Below the pieces are notes generated by a model. That model had not been told where the DNA came from, did no database searches, and was given only the letters and a program-made list of their open reading frames with translations. From a virus, in IMG/VR virus record IMGVR_UViG_3300037493_001906, positions 32,001-96,000 of that record: a DNA stretch of 64,000 nucleotides, one strand, 5' to 3'. The position numbers and the translations under genes are program-made. Positions 50,029 through 59,302 of the stretch are shown one piece after another (the first letter of the stretch is position 1; each line of letters starts with the position of its first letter).

Positions 50029-50345
50029 TATATTTTCCAATTATTTATTCTATCAAGCTTTGCCCTTTGTTCTAAAGTTAAGTTATCTCTTAAAACTCTT
50101 TCCATAATAGCTTCATTAGAGCACATAATTTCATCACAGTCTGTTATTTTATGTACTTCCTTTATTGTATAAGTCTGGAACATAAAGATTCTACCAAATA
50201 GTTTAAAACTAAATTCTTTTAAATTAGATTTAGCAGATGCTTGTAAATCAAATAACATAGGGTCATCTAATACAGAGTTAGATTGAGCTTTATGTTTCTC
50301 TATTTGCTTTTTAATAAAGTCAGGGTCTGTTGTTTTATTTATCAT
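50028..50345 (-). CDS. Hypothetical protein, 105 aa
   Basis: Coupled ORF. Confidence 0.55.
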   Translation of the reverse strand: MINKTTDPDFIKKQIEKHKAQSNSVLDDPMLFDLQASAKSNLKEFSFKLFGRIFMFQTYTIKEVHKITDCDEIMCSNEAIMERVLRDNLTLEQRAKLDRINNWKI

Positions 50346-51178
50346 TTTGTTTTAGTTATTGTGTCAGGATTATCCTGTATGTACTGAATCATGTTTATTA
50401 CTTCAGATTTAAGATAAGGCACTTCATAAGGAATTACAGTTTTTACAATAGGCTTATCATTAGCATCTTTACACAAGATAGGGTTTCCAAACTTATCTTC
50501 ACCATCTTTTTCAAAGATTACATGATGTAAAGCCATTTTACCTGCTTTGTATCTAGGGTTATGTTTAAGGATCATGTACATGTAGGTAGACAACTGCAGT
50601 GCATAATGATTAAAATTGCAATCATCTAGATGTGTTATTGGACCACCCATCTTTTGACTTACTCCATCCCAATTCTTAAAGCTTTCTTTTTTGATTTCCT
50701 TATTAGTCTTATAGTCTATTATATCTACAGTATCTTTAATAACTTCTACTCTATCTGATTGACCACAAATGCCAGCAGATTTAAGATAAATAAAGTGCTC
50801 AGGATATATCCCTTCAGTAAGTCTCTGAATAGGAGAATGCTTTATACCATCTAAATAGATAGGTTTAATAATAGGAATAGGTCTTCCAGATCTGTCTATT
50901 GTATCTACTTCAATAAGATCAGATTCTCTTTGGTCATGATAAAAAGTACCAGCAGTTACAGCTCTATCTGTTTCATGGGCCCAATGTCCTTGAATTTCTT
51001 CAGGGGTAAATCCATACCACTTAGACTTCTTATTCTTAGAACACTTTATAGATACAGCAATTGGATCAAATTTTTGTTTAAATAATCCTACAAACTTAGT
51101 TACACTAAGCCAATTAATTCTTTCATCAGGATCTAGACTCTGGTAAAGATGATTCTCTGGTTTGAATATCACTGTCAT
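50342..51178 (-). CDS. PD-(D/E)XK (Cas4-like) nuclease, 278 aa
   Basis: GICGQSD...DIIDYKT...YALQLSTY motifs. Confidence 0.85.
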   Translation of the reverse strand: MTVIFKPENHLYQSLDPDERINWLSVTKFVGLFKQKFDPIAVSIKCSKNKKSKWYGFTPEEIQGHWAHETDRAVTAGTFYHDQRESDLIEVDTIDRSGRPIPIIKPIYLDGIKHSPIQRLTEGIYPEHFIYLKSAGICGQSDRVEVIKDTVDIIDYKTNKEIKKESFKNWDGVSQKMGGPITHLDDCNFNHYALQLSTYMYMILKHNPRYKAGKMALHHVIFEKDGEDKFGNPILCKDANDKPIVKTVIPYEVPYLKSEVINMIQYIQDNPDTITKTK

Positions 51179-51335
51179 TTTGAGTAATGTTTTGAGTTGA
51201 TGTTGAGATATAAGTTTCAGGTGGTAAGCCTGTTAATTCACTGATTAATTGTTTACCAAGACATACAGTACAAGTAGTATTACAAAAACCAATAGTACCA
51301 GAACCATTACAAATAGGACATTTTACATAGTTCAT
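51126..51335 (-). CDS. DnaJ-type Zn-finger micro-protein, 69 aa
   Basis: CPICNGSG...CTVCLGK. Confidence 0.6.
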   Translation of the reverse strand: MNYVKCPICNGSGTIGFCNTTCTVCLGKQLISELTGLPPETYISTSTQNITQNDSDIQTRESSLPESRS

Positions 51336-51667
51336 GACTTATCAGGATTATAGTTAATGTCTTTATAAAGTTTATCTTCTTCTTCTTGAGATACAATAGC
51401 TGGCCAACGTGATCCATCAGGATGAGCACATTCAGATCCTAATGATCTTGTTTTCCAAGCAAGTTTACAACCACATTCTCCACAACATGGCTGGGTTCCA
51501 GGTGCAAAACACTTACTGCCTTCCCTGTCAATTAAAGGACATGCTTCACATATTCTAAGTCTTGAAGCAGCTATTTTTTCAATCTCATCTTTAATAAAGA
51601 TTGAGTTTAATACTCCTTCAAAAATAAGGTCTTTACTTTTCCAAATCTTTTTTAATTTATTTAGCAT
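51332..51667 (-). CDS. Cys-rich Zn-binding protein, 111 aa
   Basis: RLRICEAC...CCGECGC...C pattern. Confidence 0.65.
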   Translation of the reverse strand: MLNKLKKIWKSKDLIFEGVLNSIFIKDEIEKIAASRLRICEACPLIDREGSKCFAPGTQPCCGECGCKLAWKTRSLGSECAHPDGSRWPAIVSQEEEDKLYKDINYNPDKS

Positions 51668-52043
51668 TTCTTTTTTCCTTTATTTTTGATTTTTTTTGTT
51701 GGTCTTCTTGTAACATACTCTGTAAATCTTGAAGTTGTTTAAGTCTATTTTCATTATCTTTTAAAATAGCAAACTTTTGAAAAGAGATTCTATCTCCACT
51801 ATCTATTATTTTTTTATATTTTTTAATAGTGTTTTCATATTCAAGCATTACTTCTGGTACCTTCCAAGGCTTTACTCTAAATGTACCAAGTCCATGAACT
51901 ATAATATTAGGACCTTCTGCATTACTTAATTTTTTTCTTATTTCTTTCCAGTAAAATGTGACAAACTCTTTAACTAGATTTGCACTTACCTCATTTTCAT
52001 CTGCTATTTCTGGAAATAAAAAACTATGCTTCGTGGGTATCAA
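51657..52043 (-). CDS. HU/IHF-like DNA-binding protein, 128 aa
   Basis: LVKEFVTFYWKEIRKKL...IIVHGLGTFRVK. Confidence 0.6.
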   Translation of the reverse strand: MIPTKHSFLFPEIADENEVSANLVKEFVTFYWKEIRKKLSNAEGPNIIVHGLGTFRVKPWKVPEVMLEYENTIKKYKKIIDSGDRISFQKFAILKDNENRLKQLQDLQSMLQEDQQKKSKIKEKRNAK

Positions 52044-52452
52044 GATGAATTATTTTAAAATTAAGTAAAATATTACCATTAGTTTGAATTTTTAAATCTG
52101 GATTAAGACTAATCTTTTTACGAGACTTACCACTCTTAACTAATAGCTTTTCTTTTTCTACTTTAATAAGTACATTTCTTATTGTTTGTGGAGATGACTC
52201 TGGCCTTTTAGGCTGAGGCATTCCAGGTTCAGGTTTCCAGGTTTTAAGTTTTTCTTCTAATCTTTTATCTGCCATATCATGGCAAAAATCAGTTAGTTCA
52301 TATTCTCCTGATTTACCTAAATGAGTTAAACAATCTAGATCCAACTCACTTAAAGTTATATTGTTTATATAACAATAACTAATGAGTTGGAATCTAATAA
52401 TATCATCTAAATCCATTTGAACCTGTTTATTTACAAGGTTTACTTTAGCCAT
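52024..52452 (-). CDS. Hypothetical protein, possible winged helix, 142 aa
   Basis: SPQTIRNVLIKVEKEKLLVK pattern. Confidence 0.55.
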   Translation of the reverse strand: MAKVNLVNKQVQMDLDDIIRFQLISYCYINNITLSELDLDCLTHLGKSGEYELTDFCHDMADKRLEEKLKTWKPEPGMPQPKRPESSPQTIRNVLIKVEKEKLLVKSGKSRKKISLNPDLKIQTNGNILLNFKIIHLDTHEA

Positions 52453-52474
52453 GTTGATATTGCTGACAGGTTAA

Positions 52475-52834
52475 TTATTCTGTTTTAAGTTTTCTAGGAG
52501 GATTGGATTTTTCTGGCTGAGGATTATGTACTGGTTCCTCTTCAGATTCTTCCTCCTCTTCTCTAGGACCTGCCATCATTTGGGCTATCCTAATTGTATT
52601 CATTATCCTCTTAGCCCTTGCTTCTTCAATATCTGCTAATAGTTTTTCATACTCAGATTGTAGTTTTAAAGTACTAATCTGTTCTTTGTAATAAGCTACT
52701 ATATTCTTACGCATAGCTTCAATTTGTTCAGGAGTAAGCTGTTGTTGCTCCTGATTTTCTGTGTTGGTTGTGTCTGACATTTTATAAACTTTTAAAGTTA
52801 AACTACCACAAATATATAATAAAAGTTTAAACAA
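52475..52834 (-). CDS. Hypothetical coiled-coil protein (true start probably MSDTT at 52780)
   Basis: ORF track; the annotated N-terminal extension overlaps a promoter-like sequence. Confidence 0.6.
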   Translation of the reverse strand: MFKLLLYICGSLTLKVYKMSDTTNTENQEQQQLTPEQIEAMRKNIVAYYKEQISTLKLQSEYEKLLADIEEARAKRIMNTIRIAQMMAGPREEEEESEEEPVHNPQPEKSNPPRKLKTE

Positions 52835-52858
52835 AAAAAATTTACCTAAATAAATTAC

Positions 52859-52893
52859 AAAAAAAAGACTTTAGGAATTAGCTAAAGTCTTTT
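52859..52893 (-). terminator. Rho-independent terminator
   Basis: AAAGACTTTAG / CTAAAGTCTTT inverted repeat followed on the minus strand by a T-run. Confidence 0.75.
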
Positions 52894-52913
52894 AGGGAGA
52901 AAAATATAATGGG

Positions 52914-53609
52914 TTATTTTAATAAATCCCATCCAGTAAATGGAGAAGCCCATCTTGATTTACCTGTATATCTATAGTAACCACTTACTCCAGCTATAAG
53001 CAATCCAGGATATACTGGAGCAATATAGTCAGTTTGATAACCAAGAGCTGCATCAGCAGGTACTTTAACTGAATTCCAAGCATCTGCATAAGTTGTTCCA
53101 GCAGCATATACACCTAGTAAACCACCTACAGCATTAAATAAATTTTGATTAGAAGAAAATACACCTATTCTTATTAAGCTTTCTGTTTGCTCATTTGTTG
53201 TATATGGAGGATTTCTTAAAAAAGCAACACCTACTGTAGCTGTAATATTATAAGCTCTACTTATTCCAGTTTGTAATTCATTCCACTCTTCTATTGTAGT
53301 AGCAGCAAATCCAGGAAGTACTTCATCATGTATACCTCTATCAGTTGCATATGCAGATAATTGCTGATTTGAAACATATACAGGAGGTGTATTTGCCATA
53401 TCACCATTCCATATATGATTGTTATTAGCAATAGCTAATTGTTTAGCATGTATGCTAGACAAAAAATCATGTGCATCTACAAGTGGATTTTTATATAATG
53501 TTGCTTTTTTAGCAGGTAATCTAAATGTACTTTTTGTTGACCAGGATGTACCTGCCCAATTATTTGCAATTACACCAGCTGCTGGTACGAGTTTATCTTG
53601 AGCTCCCAT
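52914..53609 (-). CDS. Hypothetical (probably virion) protein, 231 aa
   Basis: ORF track. Confidence 0.6.
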   Translation of the reverse strand: MGAQDKLVPAAGVIANNWAGTSWSTKSTFRLPAKKATLYKNPLVDAHDFLSSIHAKQLAIANNNHIWNGDMANTPPVYVSNQQLSAYATDRGIHDEVLPGFAATTIEEWNELQTGISRAYNITATVGVAFLRNPPYTTNEQTESLIRIGVFSSNQNLFNAVGGLLGVYAAGTTYADAWNSVKVPADAALGYQTDYIAPVYPGLLIAGVSGYYRYTGKSRWASPFTGWDLLK

Positions 53610-53615
53610 AATTAT

Positions 53616-53957
53616 TTAATTTTTTTTATTATTAATTGCTTCCATAACACCTGTTATTTTAGCTAAACATACTTTCATTTCTATTTGAGCATCTGCAATT
53701 ATATCTAATTTAGCCCATAGCTTTTCATTAGAGTCATGCTGCTCTTTTTTAATTTCATTTATTCTATTATAGATATTAGTCTCTTTTTTATCAACTTGTA
53801 ATTTAAAGTCTTCAAGTTCTTCTTTATATTGTTTTGATATCATGATTGTTCTATCTACAGTTCTTTTAAGTGCATACCACATGAATAATGCTGAGCCAAT
53901 AATTGTAATTATTGAAATCATATTTCCAAAGGTAAATGTTAAGTGTTGTGCATCCAT
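53616..53957 (-). CDS. Holin-like membrane protein (N-terminal TM helix plus coiled coil), 113 aa
   Basis: FGNMISIITIIGSALFMWYAL hydrophobic helix. Confidence 0.5.
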   Translation of the reverse strand: MDAQHLTFTFGNMISIITIIGSALFMWYALKRTVDRTIMISKQYKEELEDFKLQVDKKETNIYNRINEIKKEQHDSNEKLWAKLDIIADAQIEMKVCLAKITGVMEAINNKKN

Positions 53958-53989
53958 ACTCTATTTATACTCTTATACTTTTTTATAAA

Positions 53990-54076
53990 TTAAAAAATTT
54001 CTCTCCATTGCATTGAAGCTCCTACAGTTGTTGTAGTAGTTCCTGCAAAAAATACTCTTTTATATACGTTACTCAT
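53990..54076 (-). pseudogene. 28-aa mini-ORF MSNVYKRVFFAGTTTTTVGASMQWREIF, probable displaced C-terminus of the upstream gene
   Basis: Ungapped but weak alignment to the last ~28 aa of 54081..55397. Confidence 0.45.
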
Positions 54077-54080
54077 AATA

Positions 54081-55397
54081 TTATTGTGTTAAATCGTAAA
54101 ATGTTAATAATGCAATTCCACCACCTGTTGCAGTAATAGTTCTAGCACATAAACTATAAACATCACTAATCCCTGTAAGTGAAGCACCTATTTGTAAATC
54201 CCAGTTAAAAGCCATACCAGCACCAGATAAAGCACTTCTTCCTGATTTAGAAGTTATAAGTTCACTATATACAACAGTACCACTAGAAATAGAAGTAGAA
54301 CTAATATCAAATTCAACATTAGTATCTGATGATACTGCTGAATAAGAAGCACCTGTTAAAGTACCATTTTTAATTAAAGCTATTTGATAGTTGTCAGTGG
54401 TTGTTGGTAAGAAGTTTACGTTGTAAGGAAGAACAACCGCTCCTAATGAAGTTGATGCAAGTCTAATAGAAACTAATGGTTTATATGTAGTTGTAATAAA
54501 AGTACCTGATGTAGAAGTAGTCATAGTTGCAACGTGTTCTATAGAAGTCTGTTCTAGTCCTCCTTCAGACATTACCGAGGAACAAATTTGTTTTAGATTA
54601 GAAGTACCTGAAGTTGTTCCTGTATTAGTTATCTCATATCTAATAGGTAAAATTGCTGTTGTCATATAAACAGAATTTCCATATACGTTTGCTGTATTAT
54701 AAGTATGACAAACTATGTATTGTCCATTAATAATAAATCCACATCTAACAGATCCAACACCTAACCATTCAAAATCCATCCATAGAATTTGAGGATGAGT
54801 TAAATCTAATGTAAGTCCACTAGCACCAGTTCCATCTAATTTATCCCCGTTCCACGATGATTGATCAACTTTTCTTGTTGTATCATCAACAGAACCACCA
54901 ATATAAGTTCTTAATACAAATGAATTAGTAGTATTATTTACTTGAAAATAAATTCCATTTTGAGTGCTAAAATAACCTATACGTTGTCTTAAATTTGTTT
55001 TTGCAGTTGCAGCTTGAAATGTAGCAAGAACTAATAAACTTTTACCAGGTTGATAAGTCATTGATCTAAAAGATTGTCTAACTACTTCAGCACCTGATGT
55101 TGTATTAACAGTCATTTGAACTGTAGCTTCATTAGCTAAATAACTAGTAGATCCACCTGATACAATTGAAGTATCAAATTGATTATCAGCTGCGTATCTA
55201 TTTTGAGAATCAAATAATGTATAAGGTTGAGATACTCTTAATCTTCCAAATGCATCTGCTGCCATAGGTCCTACAGGTTGCATTGCAGCACCTGTAGCCA
55301 GGGTAGCATCAATGCTACCAAGAAGCTGCAATGATGCAAGTTGGTAAGGAAAATTATTTCCTTTATTACCCTGATCTCTAAGATTACCTATACTCAT
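54081..55397 (-). CDS. Virion spike/fibre protein with a lectin-like beta-sandwich domain, 438 aa
   Basis: DAFGRLRVSQPYTLFDS, YQPGKSLLV and QILWMDFEWLGVGSVRCGF motifs of a common phage structural family. Confidence 0.65.
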   Translation of the reverse strand: MSIGNLRDQGNKGNNFPYQLASLQLLGSIDATLATGAAMQPVGPMAADAFGRLRVSQPYTLFDSQNRYAADNQFDTSIVSGGSTSYLANEATVQMTVNTTSGAEVVRQSFRSMTYQPGKSLLVLATFQAATAKTNLRQRIGYFSTQNGIYFQVNNTTNSFVLRTYIGGSVDDTTRKVDQSSWNGDKLDGTGASGLTLDLTHPQILWMDFEWLGVGSVRCGFIINGQYIVCHTYNTANVYGNSVYMTTAILPIRYEITNTGTTSGTSNLKQICSSVMSEGGLEQTSIEHVATMTTSTSGTFITTTYKPLVSIRLASTSLGAVVLPYNVNFLPTTTDNYQIALIKNGTLTGASYSAVSSDTNVEFDISSTSISSGTVVYSELITSKSGRSALSGAGMAFNWDLQIGASLTGISDVYSLCARTITATGGGIALLTFYDLTQ

Positions 55398-55462
55398 TGG
55401 ATGTAAGATTTTAACCTATATTGTATAATATAAGAATTTTTTTTACAATAACAAAAACTTTT

Positions 55463-55726
55463 TTAACTTACTGTAGCTAAAGTTAAGAATGCACTGTAGT
55501 TATTTGCTGTACTATTATATACTATGCTTTTTGATACAAGAAACAAAGAAGGATAGGCTGTATATACAGCATTAATAGATGTTAATAATGCAGCTGTTGT
55601 AGCTTGAGTTACAACAATTTCTTGTAGATTAGATCCAAGTTCTTTACCTGCTAATTTTAATGCTTTAAGTTGAAAAGGAAAGTTATTTCCTTTGTTTCCT
55701 TGGTCTTTTAAATTGCCTACTGACAT
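55463..55726 (-). CDS. Small virion protein sharing its N-terminal peptide with 54081..55397, 87 aa
   Basis: MSVGNLKDQGNKGNNFPFQL versus MSIGNLRDQGNKGNNFPYQL. Confidence 0.7.
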   Translation of the reverse strand: MSVGNLKDQGNKGNNFPFQLKALKLAGKELGSNLQEIVVTQATTAALLTSINAVYTAYPSLFLVSKSIVYNSTANNYSAFLTLATVS

Positions 55727-55734
55727 AATTTTAA

Positions 55735-56031
55735 TTATTTAGATTCGTTGTATTTATAATTTATTTGAGCTCTTAGATCTTCTATAAATCTATCTCTTTG
55801 TTCTAATAAGTATTTTTCTCTAGATAAAAGTCTTTCTCTTTCGCCATCTGTAAGGTTAAGAATAAGGTCTTCTTTTTGCTTTATCATAGACTTATATTCT
55901 TCCATCTGATTGGTAAACAGCACATTCTGGTAGTACATTATACCTACTAGAATTATAATGGTAAAAGATTGTTCTTTTAATTTAGATAAAAATGTATCTG
56001 CATAGCCAGATTTAGTTTCTTCTTGTTCCAT
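55735..56031 (-). CDS. Holin candidate (one TM helix plus coiled coil), 98 aa
   Basis: FTIIILVGIMYY; directly downstream of the endolysin. Confidence 0.55.
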   Translation of the reverse strand: MEQEETKSGYADTFLSKLKEQSFTIIILVGIMYYQNVLFTNQMEEYKSMIKQKEDLILNLTDGERERLLSREKYLLEQRDRFIEDLRAQINYKYNESK

Positions 56032-56648
56032 TAAACAGGCTTTATATAAGAGTAATATTTCTTAGTTTTTTCTATTCTGTCTTCTAGACCATGTGTACCA
56101 CCATTTACTCTTTTAGTTAGTTCTGTTATAGCAGCATCATTAACTCCTTTATCACAAATAGCCCATAGTTTGTTGCTATCAAAGAAAAACATTGCTGATT
56201 CAAATGCATATAGATCTGCTACTAAGTCTGGAGTAACTAGGATTTCTGGCTTACTTAGATGTTTTGATAGAGCAGTGTAGTTGTCTTTACCTGTGGTTTG
56301 AAGAGCACCTCTACCTTTAAACTTCCATCCATCTCCTGATGCTTCATTGCCATTCCCCATTCTACTAGCATAAACTCTATTAGCAATTTTTTCAGGATTT
56401 TTAGCATATAAGTCTGCCATATTACCTGGAAAGTATTTAGGAAATATCTTCTTTAAACCATCAGCAGAGTAGTTTAAGTTTTCTGTAAAGATTTTAAAGC
56501 CTCCTGTTTCATGGGAGGTTTGTCCAAAGAAGTGAGCTGCTCTTTCTGGTGTAAGTTTAAAGAATGCCATAGCAGCCTTAAAAGTTCCAGGACCAAAGGC
56601 TCCGTCAGCAGTAACTCCTATTTTAGCTTGTAGACTTTTAAGACTCAT
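56031..56648 (-). CDS. Endolysin, glycoside hydrolase family 19, with N-terminal PG-binding-like segment, 205 aa
   Basis: AHFFGQTSHETGG, ENLNYSA, KGRGALQTTGKDNY and RVNGGTHGLEDR motifs. Confidence 0.9.
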   Translation of the reverse strand: MSLKSLQAKIGVTADGAFGPGTFKAAMAFFKLTPERAAHFFGQTSHETGGFKIFTENLNYSADGLKKIFPKYFPGNMADLYAKNPEKIANRVYASRMGNGNEASGDGWKFKGRGALQTTGKDNYTALSKHLSKPEILVTPDLVADLYAFESAMFFFDSNKLWAICDKGVNDAAITELTKRVNGGTHGLEDRIEKTKKYYSYIKPV

Positions 56649-56757
56649 TTTCTTTTAATTTTTTTAAAACAGCATTGTTACTTTCTATTAACCTTTGAGT
56701 TTTAAGAATATTTTTCCTACTACTTTTATATTGAGATTGTGTTTTTTTATGGCCCAT
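56638..56757 (-). CDS. Basic micro-protein, 39 aa (MGHKKTQSQYKSSRKNILKTQ...)
   Basis: Translated by hand; overlaps the endolysin start. Confidence 0.55.
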   Translation of the reverse strand: MGHKKTQSQYKSSRKNILKTQRLIESNNAVLKKLKENES

Positions 56758-56803
56758 GATAAGTTTTATTATAATATACAATAAAATCTTACATATGTTA
56801 CAA

Positions 56804-57022
56804 CTAATCTTTATTTTCTACCATTGTTAATTTAGCTAACTTATCAGCTTTTACAAATGCCTGAACCTCAGATAAATGTACATAGCATTCTTTACACAAA
56901 GAACACTTTTGTTGTCTTAAGAATTTTTCCTTAACAACAGCAGGAGTTATTTCCCAAATGTTTAAAAGATGTTTATAAAAAGATTCATTTGATTTATCAT
57001 CTAGATTAAAAGAAGTTTCCAT
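56804..57022 (-). CDS. Hypothetical protein, 72 aa
   Basis: ORF track. Confidence 0.5.
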   Translation of the reverse strand: METSFNLDDKSNESFYKHLLNIWEITPAVVKEKFLRQQKCSLCKECYVHLSEVQAFVKADKLAKLTMVENKD

Positions 57023-57046
57023 AGAGAGTATATTAGACTACAAATA

Positions 57047-57080
57047 AACAAAAATCCCCAGGGATTTCCTAGGGACTTTT
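57047..57080 (-). terminator. Rho-independent terminator after the tail-fibre genes
   Basis: Minus strand AAAAGTCCCTAGG-loop-CCTGGGGATTTTT. Confidence 0.65.
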
Positions 57081-57119
57081 GTAAAAACAACAGATAACAA
57101 AATGAATAATACAAATATA

Positions 57120-57323
57120 CTATGCATTATTTAATTCTGCAATAATTTCATCAGCTGTCAGCAATAATTTTCCATTGATTACTGTATGGTTTCCTACAAG
57201 TGCAATTACTTGTCCACCCATAAATACATGCACACACATATCATCTATCTTTTCCACCTGTTCATATGGATAATTAATACCATTAAAGGTGATTATAGAG
57301 TTGTTATAAATTAAGTTATCCAT
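57120..57323 (-). CDS. Small protein after the tail fibre (chaperone candidate), 67 aa
   Basis: TAATG coupling to the fibre gene. Confidence 0.55.
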   Translation of the reverse strand: MDNLIYNNSIITFNGINYPYEQVEKIDDMCVHVFMGGQVIALVGNHTVINGKLLLTADEIIAELNNA

Positions 57324-59188
57324 TATTCTATAAATCTTATATCATACATTGAAGCTGTTGTAGTATCTCCTATATTTGCATTTTGAATAGCAAAAACAAA
57401 ATATTTGTCTGTTGTCCAATCAATGTTTAATGCAGAAGCAGCAACTACTCCATTAAGCATATCACTTGCAGCTGATGTTGAAGCAGGATACATTTCAGTA
57501 TTTGTGACAGTTTTAATAATTATCTCACGTGTCATCTGAGCAACTAGCGTACCTGCTGCTGTTGAGTTTGTAGCAATCAAAGTTGCTCCTGCTATAGCAG
57601 CAGAAGTATTTACATATATCCTCAAAGTTGTTATGCCAGCAGTTCCAACTTTCCTTGCTTTATATATTATTGAAACAATGTCACCAACAGCAAATGTTCC
57701 ACCAGTAATTAGTCTTGAATAAACTAATGTATTTGCTGTGCTTCCTGTTATAGCTGTAGCATTGTTTACTTCTCTATAAACCTTACCTGCTATCTTAGCA
57801 TTCCAAGTAGCAGCAGATGCTATTCTAGAATCAGCAAGAGTTCCTGTCCATCCTAATGTTAAGCTTACTGCTTGTAACAAAGATGTATTAGGAGTTCCAC
57901 CAAGAGTCAAAGTTACGTTTGTATCATTTGTTTTTGTTAAAGCAGAAGGACTAATACTAGGAAATATAGGAAAGGCTTGCCAAGTTTTATCACCCCTATA
58001 ATAATCAGTAATAGTTCCAGGTGCTACTGCTGGTTCTTTACTATTAAAGTTAGTCCAATCAGCAGATGATAATGCACCTCTATTAGTAGCAGATGCAGTA
58101 GGTATATTAAAGGTATGGGTACTAGTAGCTGAACTAATATTAAAATCAGTTCCAGAAGTTCCAGTAGCAAGTGTTTGAGTAACTGCAGTAAGTGCATTGA
58201 GTGAAGTAATACCTGATCCACCTATTTCTACCCAGGTTAAATTAGTAATACCTATAGTAATAGGAACTGTAGCAGGAGTTAAATGCCAAATAGAATTAGC
58301 AAGGGTACTTCCATAGATAATAGAAAGGGTAGCTTCAAGTAATAAACTAGGCGTGTTAGCATCTACAGTCCTTGTCAATATATAAGGAGTAAATGCATCT
58401 CCTACTTGAGTCAACTTATATATACCATTATTGGGAAGGTTGACACCAATCTCATCCTTAACAAGTACTCTTTCATTTAGTAATGCAGTATGGTTGTCTG
58501 TAGTAGCAGATGGTATAGCACCATTCACAGAACCAGTAAGAATCTGTCCACTTCCTGTAACTCCATAAGCTGGGAGTGCAGTAACAGTACCAACATGTGC
58601 TGCCTCTTTCCAATCTATACCATTAATAAGATTATCAATATACTGTTTAGTTGCAGCTTGTAGATTAGTTGTGGGATCTGCATTCAATATAAGATCCCCA
58701 GTCATAGTTCCTCCTGATAACTCAAGGTATCTTGCATCAAAAGTAGGATAACCATTAGCCCAAACAACAGAAGGATTAGGATATGTCCCTGATAAATCTC
58801 CCCCTGCTGGCCCAGCTGCACCACTAAATGTTCCTACAAAAGTCTCTGGCTCCCAACTTAATTCTGTAGTAGAAGTAGCTGATCCTAAAACCTGTATAAC
58901 AAAAGTACCTACAGGAACTATATCAGTAATACCTGCAGGGTTGGTAGGATCAGCATAATATTTATTACCTATTGTTAACCCACTAAGTTGATCATTAACA
59001 GCATCAAAATATACAGTGGCTGGAGCACCTGCTAAATAACTAAGCTTAACAAACCCCCCATAACAAGCATATGGATTAATTATCCCCTTAGTAAATACTA
59101 ACTCATTATAATTTGAGGGGTTCCTAATTAAAGTAACAAAATCTCCTGCTGTGAGATTAACATATGCATTAAATACCTGAGTAACCAT
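57323..59188 (-). CDS. Tail fibre/spike protein (likely start MVTQVF at 59188)
   Basis: ADPTTNLQAATKQYIDN and WKEAA...ERVLVKDE...NNGIY fibre motifs. The first 37 aa of the ORF-track call look like leader sequence. Confidence 0.75.
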   Translation of the reverse strand: MVTQVFNAYVNLTAGDFVTLIRNPSNYNELVFTKGIINPYACYGGFVKLSYLAGAPATVYFDAVNDQLSGLTIGNKYYADPTNPAGITDIVPVGTFVIQVLGSATSTTELSWEPETFVGTFSGAAGPAGGDLSGTYPNPSVVWANGYPTFDARYLELSGGTMTGDLILNADPTTNLQAATKQYIDNLINGIDWKEAAHVGTVTALPAYGVTGSGQILTGSVNGAIPSATTDNHTALLNERVLVKDEIGVNLPNNGIYKLTQVGDAFTPYILTRTVDANTPSLLLEATLSIIYGSTLANSIWHLTPATVPITIGITNLTWVEIGGSGITSLNALTAVTQTLATGTSGTDFNISSATSTHTFNIPTASATNRGALSSADWTNFNSKEPAVAPGTITDYYRGDKTWQAFPIFPSISPSALTKTNDTNVTLTLGGTPNTSLLQAVSLTLGWTGTLADSRIASAATWNAKIAGKVYREVNNATAITGSTANTLVYSRLITGGTFAVGDIVSIIYKARKVGTAGITTLRIYVNTSAAIAGATLIATNSTAAGTLVAQMTREIIIKTVTNTEMYPASTSAASDMLNGVVAASALNIDWTTDKYFVFAIQNANIGDTTTASMYDIRFIE

Positions 59189-59302
59189 ATCTCTAATATA
59201 CAAATTTCTACAACAATAACAAAGCTTGGGACACACTTTTAACCAGCATGGTATACTGGTACTTTTTATATAAGAGATAGAGTTAGGTGCTACTACCACA
59301 GA

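Noticed and set aside
59189-59299. 37-aa Cys-containing N-terminal extension of the tail fibre in the ORF track
   Set aside because: Reads like translated leader sequence; MVTQVF at 59188 has the better context.
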